NCBI GenBank assembly: GCA_030390025.1
Contig: CM059432.1
Span: 64,978,001 to 65,042,000 of the forward strand
Source: Squalus acanthias
Taxonomy: Eukaryota
Direction of reading: 5' to 3'
DNA: 64,000 bases
Part shown: positions 26,364 to 39,861 of the stretch, one piece after another
Position numbering within the stretch: position 1 is the stretch's first letter
How the letters are laid out: each line of letters opens with the position of its first letter
The notes under the pieces: model-generated
What the model saw: only the letters and a program-made list of their open reading frames with translations
Told to the model about the DNA's origin: nothing
The model's database searches: none
Position numbers and translations under genes: made by a program

Positions 26364-28250
26364 ATGGCAGATCAATGGCCCAGGGAGAGAGCTCGCAGAT
26401 TCTGCGACCAGGCATTGGAGACATTGGTCTTCGCTGTGGAGAGACGGAGGGCTGTTCTCTACCTGGCTCGCCGCAAGTCTTCCACGCCACGTGGAGGCAG
26501 GCAGCCCAGCAGGTCTCGGGCAGCACTGTGGTCCCCAGGACCCACACACAGTGCAGGGAGAAATTTAATGACCTCACTCAGGTTGTCAGGGTGAGTCAAT
26601 TCTTCAACAAATGTTACATACCACCATCTGAACCTCAGTCTGCACACACTGCCCAAAGCACCACCCCCAGCACTTACCCACCAACAATCTCCACCTACCA
26701 ACACGCACACCCACATCTCACACCTTGCACACAGTGACAGCTATTCAACTATGGCAGGCACATCTCCCAAACACATTGCTCCACACTCACTCATACACTT
26801 TCCTTTCTCTTGCAGGTCAAGGTTGCTCACAACAGGAGAAGGTTGCTCACAACAGGAGGGAGCAGGAGCGCACAGGCGGGGGACAACCTGATACCCAACC
26901 ACTTTGAGCTGGAGGAAAGAGTGTTGCAAATCATTGGGTGCCAGGTGGTGGATGCCATGGCCACCGGCGACGTCGACCCCATTGAGGACAACAATGGTAT
27001 GTTCATCCCTACTCCTTCTTCACACATCCCACTTCCTCCTCACCCCACAAGCCTTTCCCACTTTCCAGCTAATCACGCTGTATGCATGCCTTTCTCTCTT
27101 CCTACCCCCCTCCCCTAACCTTAACCCAACTTTTGTGCTTTATGCTTTCAGATAATTAGCAAGCACCTGAGCAGCCTTTCCCTGAGGGCACTGTTGAGAG
27201 CGAGGCGGAAGAAGAGGAGGAGGAAGAACACACCGCGTCACTGCATGTCTCACCCGCAGGCACCAGCTCAGATACTGGCACTAAGCGTTCTTTAGAGGCT
27301 AGTGTAGTAGCGGGATCTGCACAGGGTGATGCACCGGGGTCGAGCGGGCTGCAGCAAGATCAGGGGGAAAGTGTAGCTCGGGAGTCAGCTCCCCAGAAGG
27401 CGAGTTCACGCGTGAGTTCTGCTGCACAGGACTCAGATGAGGACCTCGATGGGGAGGCATTTAGAAGGGGGATGGGCAGGCACACGAAGATGATAGGTGC
27501 AATGGCAAGGGTGCCTGAGAGCCTCTCGGCAATGGTAAGGTGCATGGAGGAGTCCGCCTCCAACATTGCATAAGGCTCTGCGCACATCATGCAGCCCATC
27601 ATTTGCATTCAGCAAAGGATGGTGGACACCCAGAGAGACCGTGGCGACCCAGACCTCATGCCGCGTGTGATGGGCGATGTCACAGCTTCCATTGCAGCAC
27701 AGGCGGAAACTATGCAACGTCTTAATGCTGTAATGCAGTCTATGCTTGGTGCCGTCGATTCTCAGACTGCTCTCATGCAGTCTCAGCTTGATGCCACACA
27801 AGCTCTGACTGCTGCCATCGTGGCTGGGTCGACCACCGTCCACCGGGGCTTTCATGGCCAGCAATCTCTGCTCCAGCAGATTGGTAGTGATGCTGAGGTG
27901 CTGCCCCGGGGGAATGGCAGTGGGTCAGTGGAACAGGAAGCTGTTGTCCTATCTCAGGATGACAGCATTCCCGCTCCCACCACAGGCAGTCTGCCATTGC
28001 CCTTGTCGCTGCCTGTCCTCCAGCCAGCCCAGACTGCTGCCGCCCATGCTGAGGTGGTGCAGTCTACAGCTGGACCTGTCAGGCCCAGAGCTGGTCGAGG
28101 GTGTCCTGCAAGGCCATCTGAAGTCTCCCGCACGGACATTCAGCAGCCTTCCACCCACCATGCTGCAACCACTCGCTAACACTTTGTAGGAGCACTAGAG
28201 TAGGCAAAGGTACTGTATCAAGGAGCACTAAGGGACTGCACAAGGGTGAA
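26364..28250 (+). pseudogene. Harbinger Myb/SANT DNA-binding protein pseudogene (3 exons)
   Basis: RERARRFCDQALETLV..QCREKFNDLTQVVR followed by GTGAGT; exons 2 and 3 homologous to the intact copy; frameshifts and stops. Confidence 0.85.
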
Positions 28251-28413
28251 TAGCTAATATTATTGTTGTAAATATGAGTTCACTAATTATTGATAAATTT
28301 GTTAATTGGCTTGGGATGATTTTGTGGTGTTGCTCATTTCAGCTTTGTGCTGTGATATGCCCTGTGACAGGGATGGAATGATGCAGATGTGGTGAGCAAC
28401 GGGGATCTGGGGT

Positions 28414-29580
28414 TTAATTTATTGGAACCGCAGTCTGATGAGGTTCACGGACCGCCCTCCCAGAAGGCCGATTGAGTGGCTGCCTATTCCCTCGCTCCTG
28501 TTCCCCCTCCTCCTCCTCGTCTTCCTCTTCCTCCTCATCCGAGTCCGCCTCCTCCTCTCCCTCTTCCTCCTCCCCCCGAGGTGGTCCCACAGTCCCTGGT
28601 GGCAAGGGCTGGACCCTCATGATGGCCAAGTTGTGGAACATGCAGCAGACCACCACGAAATGGGACACCCACTCAGCCAAGTACTGGAGGGCTCCTCCTG
28701 AGTGGTCAAGACAGCGGAATCGTTGCTTGAGCACCCCGATAGTCTGCTTGATTATGTTCCTGGCGGCAGCATGGCTCTCATTATATGAGTGCTGAGCAGG
28801 AATGTTGGGGTTGCGGAGGGGCATGAGCCAGGTGAAGAGCAGATAGCCCTTGGCTCCGACCAGCCAGCAGCGAGCTTGATGTGGTGGCTGGAAGAGTGCT
28901 GGCACACCGGTCTGGAGCAGGATGAAGGCATCGTAGCTGCTGCCAGGATAGCGGGCATTCACATTGAGGATTCACTGTCTGTTGTTGCACACCAACTGTA
29001 CTTTAAGTGAGTGGTAGCCTTTGCGGTTACGGAAGATCTCAGGATTGTTATGCGGTGCCCGCAAAGCCACAGGTACCCTGCACCATGGGGAAGCCCGCTA
29101 TTCTGGCAAAGCCACATACATGTTCGTCCTGCTTCTCTCTGGTGATGGGGAAGGAAATGTAGTCCCTTTTTCTACTGTAGAGAGCCTCTGTGACCTCCCA
29201 GGTGCAGTGATGGATGGCGAACTGCAAGATGTTCGCTATATCTCCTGTTGCAGACTGGAAGAAACCATTGGCGAAGAAATTGAGGGTGACGGTGACCTTG
29301 ACTGCCTCTGAGAGAGCCGTGGTCGACCTGATCTGAGGCTCGCGGTCCGGATGCAGGAGGTGGCAGAGTTCGGTGACCACATCCTTGCTGAAGTGGAGCC
29401 TTCTAATGCACTGCTCCTCACTTAATTGGAGGTAGGAGACGTGCAGGGTAAGGCCTCCTGTTGAGAGCCCTGATGGCCCTCCACTTCCCTCTGGCCACAT
29501 CTTGCAATCTTTCTCGCTGCCTCCACTCCCTCTGCAGTAGATCCTGGAGGGCGAGGTCGACTGCCAGTACAGCCCCCATT
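28414..29580 (-). pseudogene. Harbinger DDE transposase pseudogene
   Basis: AVKVTVTLNFFANG, NARYPGS, IKQTIGVLKQRFRCLD; frameshifted, catalytic motifs damaged. Confidence 0.9.
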
Positions 29581-30839
29581 AATGTAACGATGTGTAGCAC
29601 TTTGAAATTTTGTCAGAATAAATGTAACAAATTTTTAGTAGTCATAACACTCCTGATACTAAAGAACCTTTCAATGACTAAATTAAACTCTTGCACAATC
29701 GCAAACGGACAGGGAAGCAGCGAAACAGCACTAACCTGACAGCTGCGACTCATCCCTTTAAATATCGCCCCTGGAGCCGCCATCCGCCTGCTTCACGCCT
29801 CCTCTTCCTGTCGTTGTCAGGGCGAGGCACTAAGGCAGGGGCCGATAATCAATTTGGCAGATCAGGCGCTAAAGCCACAGGCGCTAACGGTTAGTGGCGG
29901 CGCTAAGGGGCAACTGGATTTGACGTGTGGCGCTGGATTCACCTCGCCCCGGCGCTACTTCATTAGCGCCCCGGCCAGGCACTAACCAATCAAATTTATC
30001 CCCCAGGCCTATATTCTCTGGAGTTTAGAAGAATGAAAGATGATCTCATTGAAACATATAAAATTCTTACAGGGCTTGACAGGGCAGATGCTGGGAAGAT
30101 ATTTCCCCTGGCTGGGGAGTCTAGAACAAGGGGTCACAGTCTCAGAATAAGGGGTCGGCCATTTAGGACTGAGATGGGGAGAAATTTCATCACTCAAAGT
30201 GTTGTGAATCTTTGGAATTCTCTACCCCAGCGGGCTGTGGAGGCTCAGTCATTGAGAATATTCAAGACAGAGATCGATAGATTTTTGAATATTAAGGGAA
30301 TCAAGGGGTATGGGGATAGTTCAGGAAAGTGGAGATGAGGTAGAAGATCAGCCATGATCTTATTGAATGGCGGATTAGGCTCGAAGGCCCAAATGGCCTA
30401 CTCCTGCTCCTATTTCTTGTGTTCATATGTTCTTCTTGAAATTTTCACTGCCACCTGTACCTCCTTTTAACATGATTAATTTATAGGCCATTGGGCCTAA
30501 TGGCCTATTACTGTTGCTAAATATTTAGATGGTTCTTTGAGTCTATCTTACTTTTTATTATTTATCCCATCTTCACCGAATAAATAGGTCAATAAATTCT
30601 TCAGACCTGCTCCCGCTCCGCTGTTGTTACATCATCGGAAGTGTGTTGGAAATCCTATTTACGTACATTATTTTGTCAGGTTAATCTGTTGGATAAATAC
30701 GGCATCAAACACAGCCCATGCTATGCATCTTCTATTTACTCAGGGCATGTCATTAAATATTGCTGGTATGTCAATACCATTTAACAGCACCAAATTATGT
30801 GTTTAATCCACCACCCCTCCTCTTATTAGTGACAGATGA

Positions 30840-32158
30840 CATGTCACACCATATTGGGTTAATAAGGGACAGCCAGCACAGATTTGTTAAAGGCAAATCA
30901 TTTCTGACTAACCTGATTGAGTTCTTTGATGTAGTAGCAGAGAGGGGTTGATGAAGGTAGATGTTGTATATATGGACTTTCAAAAGGCATTTGATAAAGT
31001 ACCACATAACAGACTTATTCGAAAAATAGAAGCACATGGTATTAAAGGGACGGTGATAACTTGGGTACGTAATTGGCTAAGGGATAGGAGGCAGAGAGTA
31101 GGGGTGAATGGATGTTTTTCTGACTGGAGAGAAGTATGCAGTGGGGTCCCCCAGGGCTCGGTATTAGGACCATTGCTTTTCTTGTTATATATAAATGACC
31201 TGGACTTGGGTATAGGGAGTACAATTTTGAAGATCGAACGATACAAAACTTGGCAACGTAGTAAATAGCGAGTTGGACATTAGCAGACTTCAGGAGGGCA
31301 TAGACCAACTGGTGAAAAGAGCAGACACATGGCAGATGCAATTTAATGCAGATAAGTGTAAAGTTATGCACTTTGGGAGGAACAACATGGAAAGGCAGTA
31401 TAATCTAAATGGTATGATTTTGAGGGGGGGGGGGGTGGTGGTGGTGTGCAAGAGCAGAGGGACCTGAGGTTGTATATTCACAAATCTTTGAAGATGGCAG
31501 GGCAAGTTGATAAAGCGGTTAAGAAAGCATATGGGATACTTGGCTTTGTAAATAGTTGCACGGAATACAAAATCAAGGAAGTCGTGCTACACCTTTACAA
31601 ATCACTGGTTAGGCCTCAGCTGGAGTATTGTGTACAATTCTGGGCAGCACACTTTAGGAAGAATGTCAAGGCCTTGGAGAGGGTACAGAGGAGGCCCACC
31701 AGGATGATACCAGGGATGAGGGACATCGGTTATGTGGATAGATTGGAAAAGCAGGGATTGTTCCCCTTACAGCAGAGAAGATTAAGGGGAGACCTAATAG
31801 ATGTATTCAAAATTAGGAGGGGTTTTGATAGAGCAAATGTTTCCTCTGGCAAGTGAGTCGGTAAACAGAGGTCACAGATTTAAAATAATTGCCAAAGGAA
31901 TTAAAGGGAAATGAGGAGATACTTTTCACAAGAGAGTTGTTAAGATCTGAAATGCACTACCTGAAAGAGTGGTGGAAGCAGATTCCATAGAAACTTTCAA
32001 AAGACAATTGGACATGTACTTGAAGAGGACTAATTTGCAAGGTTCTGGGGAAAAAGCTGGGCTGTAGGACTAAATTGGAAAGCTCTTTCCAAGACCGGCA
32101 TAGGTATGATGAGCCAAACGGCCTCCTTATGTGCTGTAAGATACTATGATTCTATGAT
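30840..32158 (+). mobile_element. CR1 LINE RT fragment
   Basis: [33 protein letters not shown]; (CTATGATT) tail. Confidence 0.9.
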
Positions 32159-33354
32159 AGTTATTAAGTGGAGAAACATTGACGAATGCATCTTAGAAAA
32201 CATCCGCAATCAGATTTTTCATTTTTGTTCCTTTTTCGCAGCAATTTTCTCTCCCTCCCTCCTTGCTGAGATATGGTTCCATACATTGCAGGCATCCTCT
32301 GGTACCTCACCCAGGAGGCTATTATTTACATGTGAGCCTTGACAGTGAAGGTCATTAGGTTATTTGATCCTATGGGGAATTACAACAAACCTGGCACTAT
32401 CCTTAGCTGGGAACCCATGCACACTTCCAGCAGATGTCACTGGCTAGCAATCAGATGCAAGCACTGGCTGATTTTTCCCTCACTCACCCAGTAGTGCTAA
32501 GACCAATACGACTGTGCCAGCTAATGTCAGCTAGCTCAGCACAGATTAGGAATTGATCCGGAGACCACCTTGATTTATATAGTTTGGTTACTCACTGCCT
32601 TAACCAGCCGAGCAATAGTCGGAGCCATTAAAGACTAAGACAGAATGGTTATTCATTGTGATTTTTTAAAGAGGAGTAAGTGAATTCCAGCACTTAATTT
32701 GACTATTTTTCAAAGTATTATACAATCAATTACTCACCATTTAATTGCTCAGCATTCAGTCTGTTTGGCCAATCTCTCTCACAAAGAGAACAATATTAAA
32801 TTACTTACTATATATAATTATTTTTCATTTCCAGGCTTCTCGTGACATAGGAAACTAAATAAACATTTCCCCTGAACATGTTCAGACAGACACCGCAATA
32901 CAGTAAAGAAACCAGTTACTATAGCAATGAAAAATAACCCTTGGCAAGCAAGCATCAGTTGTTCACTTCTATGGAAGCCAATGGTTACTGACAAAGATAT
33001 TTAATCCCCTGATTTTTGAACATATCTAGAGACAGAATAACTTACAAGAATTATTTCTTTAATGTAACTACACCAATCAAAAGTGGTAGAGAAGAAAATA
33101 GAACAGTGTTCCGATAGATGAGTTCTTAATTGTCATCATTTTCAATTGTAATGTCAGCTTTTACTGAATTCCAACATCAAAAATTGTATTTTAACAACAA
33201 TCTCTAATTGTACAGCAGAGTACTAAAGATGCACTGATTAATAAGTTGAAGGAAGCATTTAAATAAAACTGCCTAAGGAATTACATTGCTTTATCGCATA
33301 GAAATACTCTACTAAATATTCCCTATACCATGAGCATTGGACTGAAATTACACC

Positions 33355-34166
33355 GGGCTGGATTTTGCCAATGGGGAGCTTTTGGAGGCGGGACTCCCAC
33401 TTGTCGAGTTTCAGTCCCACCTTCATCAACTTCTGGCCAACCCACGCTATTTTCCCTTGATTGACCTTGTTAAGCCCGCCCAGCGGGCTTAGCAGGCCAA
33501 TTAAGGCAAAGCTGGTTACAGAGAACGTCAACGTAGGACGTTTCATCTGTCAAAAACTCTGAAGCTGTCAAACACTGACATTCTCTGTAGTTTGATGAGT
33601 TCTTGAATTCAAGACTCATCAAACCTCTTTATTTAGCAGAAATTAGATGGTTGCTGCATTGGAGAATGCAGCGGCCATCTACCATCTCTGCCGCGGAGGT
33701 GCGAGACTCTCCGCATACCCAACTCTTGAAGTCTGCAGGAAGAAACAAAGGTAGGTAAACTTTTACTAATACTTTCCACTTACCTCACATACTTACCTCT
33801 CCACACTTGCACCCATCACTTACCTTCACAGCGCACTTTTGCACCCCTCTGACCCCCGCAGACCCAGTGCTCACCTCAGTGACCCTGGCGAGGTTCAGAG
33901 CCTTCAGGAAGCCCACACTTGTGTGGGTAAAATGGGGATAATCCTCTTATCTGCCTGTTAACTACCTGTTAACAGGCAGATAAGTGGTACTAATCCCCTT
34001 CCCGCCTCCAAGGAGACGGGACCCGGGGCAGGTCGGCAACCCGCCTCCTGGTAAGATGGCACGCAGGCGGGTTGGGAGCGGGTTGGGCACCCGCCCCCAG
34101 ATTCTGCCATTTTCCCGGCAGTCCCGCCACCATACCCACCTCCCCAGGGCTGGCAAGATCACGCCC
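33355..34166. mobile_element. Harbinger-type MITE
   Basis: TIR GGGCTGGATTTTGCCA versus GGGCGTGATCTTGCCA; perfect 3-bp TSD ACC. Confidence 0.85.
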
Positions 34167-35879
34167 ACCATTTTGCAATTTATCGTATCAGTACTATCTG
34201 AAATTTCTTTTTGCTATGAGATACTTATTTGGCCTCAAATACCTTTTCAGCATTTGTTTCAATTCAATGAAAATCCTCTACTTAAATCATTGAGGAAAGA
34301 GCAACATTTTGGTAAATGAGCATGTGCAATTGTGAGATGACCTTTTACTGGTAGCTCAATTAGCAGATCATCATGATAGAGAGGTACAGATGAGCAAAAA
34401 CGGGGTGGAGATTTTGTCAAGGAGATAATTACCATGGGAGCACAAAAATATTTTTTTATCCTAGTTATGTGGAAAACACTAATTAGCAAGAAAATGAATT
34501 TACAGAAAAGTTACGTTTAAGGTACTGAACCAAAATGATCAAAAATAAATCGAAGTTATTTATGGGGCTTTTCCAGAGAGTGTAATCTGCTTTAAAACGC
34601 TACATAACTAAAAAGAGCCCTGCAGTTGGTCCATTTTTATGTACAATAGAAGTCAATTCTACAAAGCAATCTCTGTATTCTATTTTACATTTCTCACAAA
34701 ATTATTATTTTTGATGTCCTGTTTACATGCAACATTTTATACTATTACAACTATAATTTATAGCATACAGGGAATAACAGATAGTGAGAACTGTGCTACA
34801 AGGTTGCAACATACTTGAGAGCGTCAGATGATATCATGAACCATTACAGTAAAGACTTAAGATTTGTACTCTTTATCTTATGCCTGAAAGCGGTGCGAAG
34901 TAATAAATCAGTGACATGTCTCAGTTCTGAAATACCATTTTCCTCCGCAGTGATCTATAGACATAAAAACAATTATGCTGGTCCTCTGTTGAAAGATCTA
35001 ACTGGTCCGTGGGAACCGCATAGCTATCATCTCTGAGTGCTGATTGGTCACAGGTTTCCTCTTGTGATTCAGCGAGTCCAGAATGACTTGTGCGTGAAAT
35101 GGAAATGCTGCATCACCGCACTGCAGGGTGTTCTTCCGATACTGGAGCTTTGGTACTTGTTTGGGGAGAGGGGAGGCTTTTCCAAGCCATCACTAACTAC
35201 ACACCCCAAACATTTTATCCTAATAAGTACACTTTGAAAAAGACAATAAATTAATTTTGTCTCAAATTTCACAGCACCCAATTCTAAATGTGAACCTAGA
35301 TGATGTAGAGTAGCCCCTGACTGCCTCCAACTGACAACTCCCATCACCACCCTCACTACTCCCCACAGTCACCATCAACAAAACATCTGGATCCTGAAAC
35401 ATTACATACAACTCTGGCACAAAACTCATAAATATGCACACCTGGAAAAGGCATGCAATTAAAACGGACAAGTGTAACTGCATAAAAATCATGGTTAAAA
35501 ATAAAAAAGGAGATCATAGAAAAAAATATTACAATTATAAAAGTGAATGTCACTAGCATGAAGAATGCAACTTCCTAAGTTATCAGCTATTGGCACAAAG
35601 TACACTGTTAGCCCCAAAGATACAGCGAATAACCAATTCTATGAGATTAGTAATGGGCTTTTATAAATTATTCAAGTTTGCTTGTACACAGGTATGCTAT
35701 CCTCAACAAAAATTTTCTATACAAGTGGAATTATATTTAAGCAGGAGATCTTTCAAATCTCAATTACTGTTCAGCCTCCTCTGTTCCAGTCCTCGACTCA
35801 CCTGGTTACTGATACTGGTTTTACAGCTAGCTTTATTTTTCTTTCTCCCTCCCTATCATGAAACCATAGTGTTAATAGA

Positions 35880-36282
35880 CCTTAAAATAAAAGCAGATAA
35901 TACTGGAACTACATAGCGGGTCAGTCAGCACTTTAAAGAGAAAGACAGGTTAAAGTTTTGGATAAGACCCTTTAGGAGGGAGTTATGACACAAAATTTCG
36001 AATCTCAATGTTCTGACTAGAAGACTGAAGATGCCCAGAAGGAAGATGAGATGCAGTACTGTTTGAAGTTGATGGTGATCTGGATTAGAGAAATGTAGGA
36101 GGCCAAAGTCAGAAAAAATAGAAAGGGAATAGAAGGGGAGTGGAAATATTGAGCCATGGGAAAGATAGGACAATTCCTATTTACGGACTGGGGATAGTTG
36201 GCAATCTGTATTTGGTGTCACCGATATAGAGGGAACTGTACCGCGAAAAGCGAATGCAGTATACTAGATTGGAGGACCCAAG
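35880..36282 (-). mobile_element. Old Penelope-like element 3' fragment (GIY-YIG remnant plus tail)
   Basis: - strand 36279-36198 reads GSSNLVYCIRFSRYSSLYIGDTKYRL; degenerate tail like the hairpin family. Confidence 0.7.
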
Positions 36283-36296
36283 TATAAATATGTCAG

Positions 36297-36513
36297 AAAT
36301 AACAACAGAAAATGCTGGAAACACTCAGCAGGTCAAGCAGCAGCTGTGGAGAGAGAAACAGAGTTAACGTTTCAGGTCAGGCAGCACCCTTCGTCACAGA
36401 CCTGAAACGTTAACTCTGTTTCTCTCTCCACGGCTGCTGCCTGACCTGCTGAGTGCTTCCAGCATTTTCTGTTGTTATTTCAGATTTCCAGCATCCGCAG
36501 TATTTTGCTTTTC
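36297..36513. mobile_element. Short fold-back Penelope-tail insertion
   Basis: ~80-bp inverted arms, 33-nt one-sided extension, 14-bp TSD TATAAATATGTCAG (36283-36296, 36514-36527). Confidence 0.88.
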
Positions 36514-36527
36514 TATAAATATGTCAG

Positions 36528-36760
36528 CTTGTCTCAGTTGATTGTAATTTCATCCCTGAGTCAGAAGCTCCACTCCAGGGTTTAGCACACAGGCTAGGCT
36601 GACAGTCCACTGCTGCACTGTCGGAGATGCAGTCCTTCAGATAAGATGTTAAACTGAGGCCCTGTTCTGTTGTTCAGGTGGATGATAAAAATCCTTTGGC
36701 AGTCTACAAAGAACAAGGAGTTCTTCTGGATTGTTAGAGCTGGTTGCTCCATTTGCTGAC
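36528..36760 (+). mobile_element. tRNA-head/Deu-type SINE remnant
   Basis: GCTGCACTGTCGGAGATGCAGTCCTTCAGATAAGATGTTAAACTGAGGCCC resembles the Deu core. Confidence 0.6.
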
Positions 36761-36890
36761 AAAAGTATCACTACACTGGCTTGGTTGAGTCTAAAGGCTT
36801 GGATTCAACCACAACTCTAGAACTACAGCAAATAGTCTAGCCTGACACTTCAATGTGACACTGAGGGAAAGCTGCATTCTCAGAGATTTA

Positions 36891-37845
36891 GGGGTAGATA
36901 TTGAACTACGTTGCACCCAATTTTATGGGTGTAAAACGGGTGCAACTAGGCCCAATTTTGGGGACTAAAGTCCTGTGCCCCAAGGACGCCTGAAAAACAT
37001 CCAAGCCAAAATTGGGTCGGGTCATTTTATTAGAGATCTGGGAATGACCATCTAAAACAAGCATTAGGACGCTTTCATATAATAAAGAGCGGCTTAACTC
37101 CTTGATAACATTGAGATGCTTAGTAACCTCCATCCATGCTGCTCTGGTGTCCCTCTCCTCTGTATAAGGCTACACTTTGGTGAGGAATCTCCTGCAGCAG
37201 GATCTCCAAGGTTTGATTGCTGAGTAGGGCCATTCTGCCCCCAGCCATGTTTTTGCCCCAAGCACAAGCACTATCTTAAGAACAGCCAGCAGCCCTGTAA
37301 GAGTTGCTGGCATAGGAAATCCTGCCCCTGCCCAGCCTTGGCACATCATTAAACTATGCAAATGAACTGGCCTCGCATTGTAGTCTGACATCAGCTCATT
37401 GACCCATCCGCCCCTATAAAGCTTATATACATTTGAGATTTGCATCCAAGTGCAAATATATTTGCGAATAAGTTGGCTCGACTGTAAGTTATATACAGGA
37501 AACTTTCGTTTATCCGGCACCGACGGGACCGGCGTGGTGCCGGTTGATCGAAAGTGCCGGATTACAGAGAGGTATACTTACCAAGGTACGAGAGACCCGT
37601 ACACGGCCACAGGCTTAACAATTGGGACCCGGAGAGGGAAAATAAACGAGACTCCGGCTTTTTCCTCCGTGGCGGCGACAGGTCCGAGTCGGAAGAAAGT
37701 TGACCCCCCTTTCGTGGGGGCAAAAGGTCAGAATCGGGGTCTTGTCTGTACAATAAAACTTACCTGATTTTTGCCGGTTAAGCGAGAATTCCGGATATTT
37801 GGGTGCCGGATAAACGAAAGTTTCCTGTATAGCAATTTCACCTGA
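36891..37845. mobile_element. Old Harbinger-type MITE hosting a Tigger-like MITE
   Basis: GGGGTAGATATT left end after TTA; degenerate right end CAATTTCACCTG. Confidence 0.5.
37496..37827. mobile_element. Tc1/mariner (pogo/Tigger-type) MITE
   Basis: Perfect 26-bp TIR CAGGAAACTTTCGTTTATCCGGCACC and TA TSD. Confidence 0.92.
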
Positions 37846-38316
37846 GACTCTCTACATTATATATTCTGTTTGAGAAAGCTCATGAAATAAGATGAACATC
37901 AGTCATGCAATTTTGCATGCGTACCTAGAATGAAATGAAGCAGGTTTATGCTAAGCATTACAAGTCAGATTGAGGAGCTGCAGAAATTATTCCACACGTC
38001 TTCAGTTGCTTATGAATATTTCTGCATTCACCTACACAAGATACTAAGAAATTATTCAGTTGTAGTACTGATTAATTTAACAATAAATTTCAATTGGGTT
38101 CAAATTGTTTTAGATGTAATAATGCTTTGAAATTATATGTTTTTGTAACTTAATACAAAGAAGCAGTACTGCCATCAATATAAATGCTCTTTTGTTGTGG
38201 AGACTGTAAGAGACAGGTAGTTATTTACAAGTTTGATTCCCATCTTGTCTGAAAGACATCTTGTATTCTGATACTTCTTGTTTGTTTTCTTCCCTTCTTC
38301 CTTTCCTGAAGGCATT

Positions 38317-39314
38317 GGGGGCGATTTCCCCGGATACTTTAGGCGATAAAGAGCCTCCAAGGTAACCAAGCTGAGGTCTTAAGCTGAACCGTCGGTTTAT
38401 CCTGCGTTTAGCGCAAGAAGCCATCTTGGTAAAGGAGTTGAAGCACGTGCTAAGAATGGCCGCCTGGAAGATCGTCAAGTAGCTGATTACCACTTAAATT
38501 GCCTTCCAATGCTCATTAAGGAGGTTGCATGGCATTTTGGTGGCTAGCACTTGCCCTAATGCCCTCTCCTAACAGTGACCAGCTGATTGAGTAAACTAGT
38601 CGTTGCAGAGGATTTTGAGCGTTATTTAAAGATAGATCACCTTTTACTGTTTGCTTGCTGCTGGAGGTTTTAAGAGGGCTTTTGAAACACATCGGGAGAC
38701 TTTCTGGGACACTTAGTCAAGACTTCACCAACACTCGAGCAACATTTATTCTGGAAATTCTCTGAGGACTTCAAGTGCTGTGCTATTTTACTTTATTGGC
38801 CACCTTATGGGAGTCACCAGGAGAAAGAGAGTGCTAGGTCAATGGCACCTTGCTAGGAGCCACCCCTTGGTCTGCAGAAGGACATGAGACCAGTCAGAGC
38901 AGCACCAGCTGCTGCAGGAGAGAGGGACAGGAGGGCAAGGTGGAATCTTTCCCCCCTGTGGGTACAGGACATCCCTCCTCCTCTGGACCTCCTCCACCAG
39001 GAACGTCCAAGAACCTGTGCACCCTCACTCAGTCCCTGAACCATCCTGAAACATGCCGCTGTGTGTCAGCCAGCACAATCCACACCTTCAGTGGATGGAG
39101 CCCACTTATAGTGCTCCACGAAAATTGTGTCTATTCAGCGCTTGAGTGTTAAACCTGCAGGTGTCTCCTTTAGCACCTCCAGGCAAGTTCAAATTATAGT
39201 GATCAGCAATTAGGACTAAAATTGCATGCTAAAACCAAACTTTCAAACAGGCGTGTCTAATTCGCACAGCAACCATTTAGCGCCTGTTTTAACCCTTTCA
39301 CCAAAATAACTCCC
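38317..39314. mobile_element. Harbinger-type non-autonomous element
   Basis: Ends GGGGGCGATTTC and AAAATAACTCCC, TSD ATT, TTTAGCGC motifs. Confidence 0.7.
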
Positions 39315-39488
39315 ATTGATTCTTTGCTAGGTTGCAGTTCTCACCAGATATCCACACATGATTACTTCCAGCAGGGGTCTCTGGCTAACAATTGAGGTCA
39401 TGATGCGGAGATGCCGGTGTTGGACTGGGGTGGACAAAATTGAGAGGTCGCACAACACCAGGTTATAGTCCAACAGTTTTATTTGAAA

Positions 39489-39526
39489 TCACAAGCTTTC
39501 GGAACTATCGCTCCTTCCTCAGGTGA
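39489..39526 (-). ncRNA. Minimal type I hammerhead ribozyme motif (mirror copy)
   Basis: Reverse complement of 43055-43092. Confidence 0.72.
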
Positions 39527-39861
39527 AGTAAATTGGATACAGAATCGTCAGAGCATATATAGATGGAAAAAAAAGCATGTGTACTTTACAATTGCAGACC
39601 AATAAATTAAATCATCCTGACTATCTGCCGAGGTGTGATAAAGTTAATTAAGTCAGCCAGGAAGGTACCACATCAAAAGACATAGCAAGATACAACTGAG
39701 ACAATGAGGTGAAGTCGCAGGGGTTCTAACGTGTCAAAAGCTGCCGTCTGTATGTAAAACGAAAAGCTTTAAAAAAAATTTTTACTTTTTTACTGGGAAA
39801 ATTTTTACTTTTTTACTGGGAATCACATCTGTGAACAAGCTAACGACGACTCGAGTCCGGA

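Larger units (their letters stand above)
25834..30004 (+). mobile_element. Full-length but decayed PIF/Harbinger transposon
   Basis: TIRs GGGGAGAAATT and AATTTATCCCCC, TSD AGG, two convergent pseudogenes. Confidence 0.92.
22190..30435 (+). mobile_element. CR1 ORF2 (APE+RT) pseudogene split by two large insertions
   Basis: [30 protein letters not shown]; resumes at 25389 and 30005; 3' tail at about 30410-30435. Confidence 0.92.

Noticed and set aside
32728..38030. Other exon-like pieces (32.7, 35.0-35.2, 38.0 kb)
   Set aside because: Lack matched splice-site pairs or open compatible frames.
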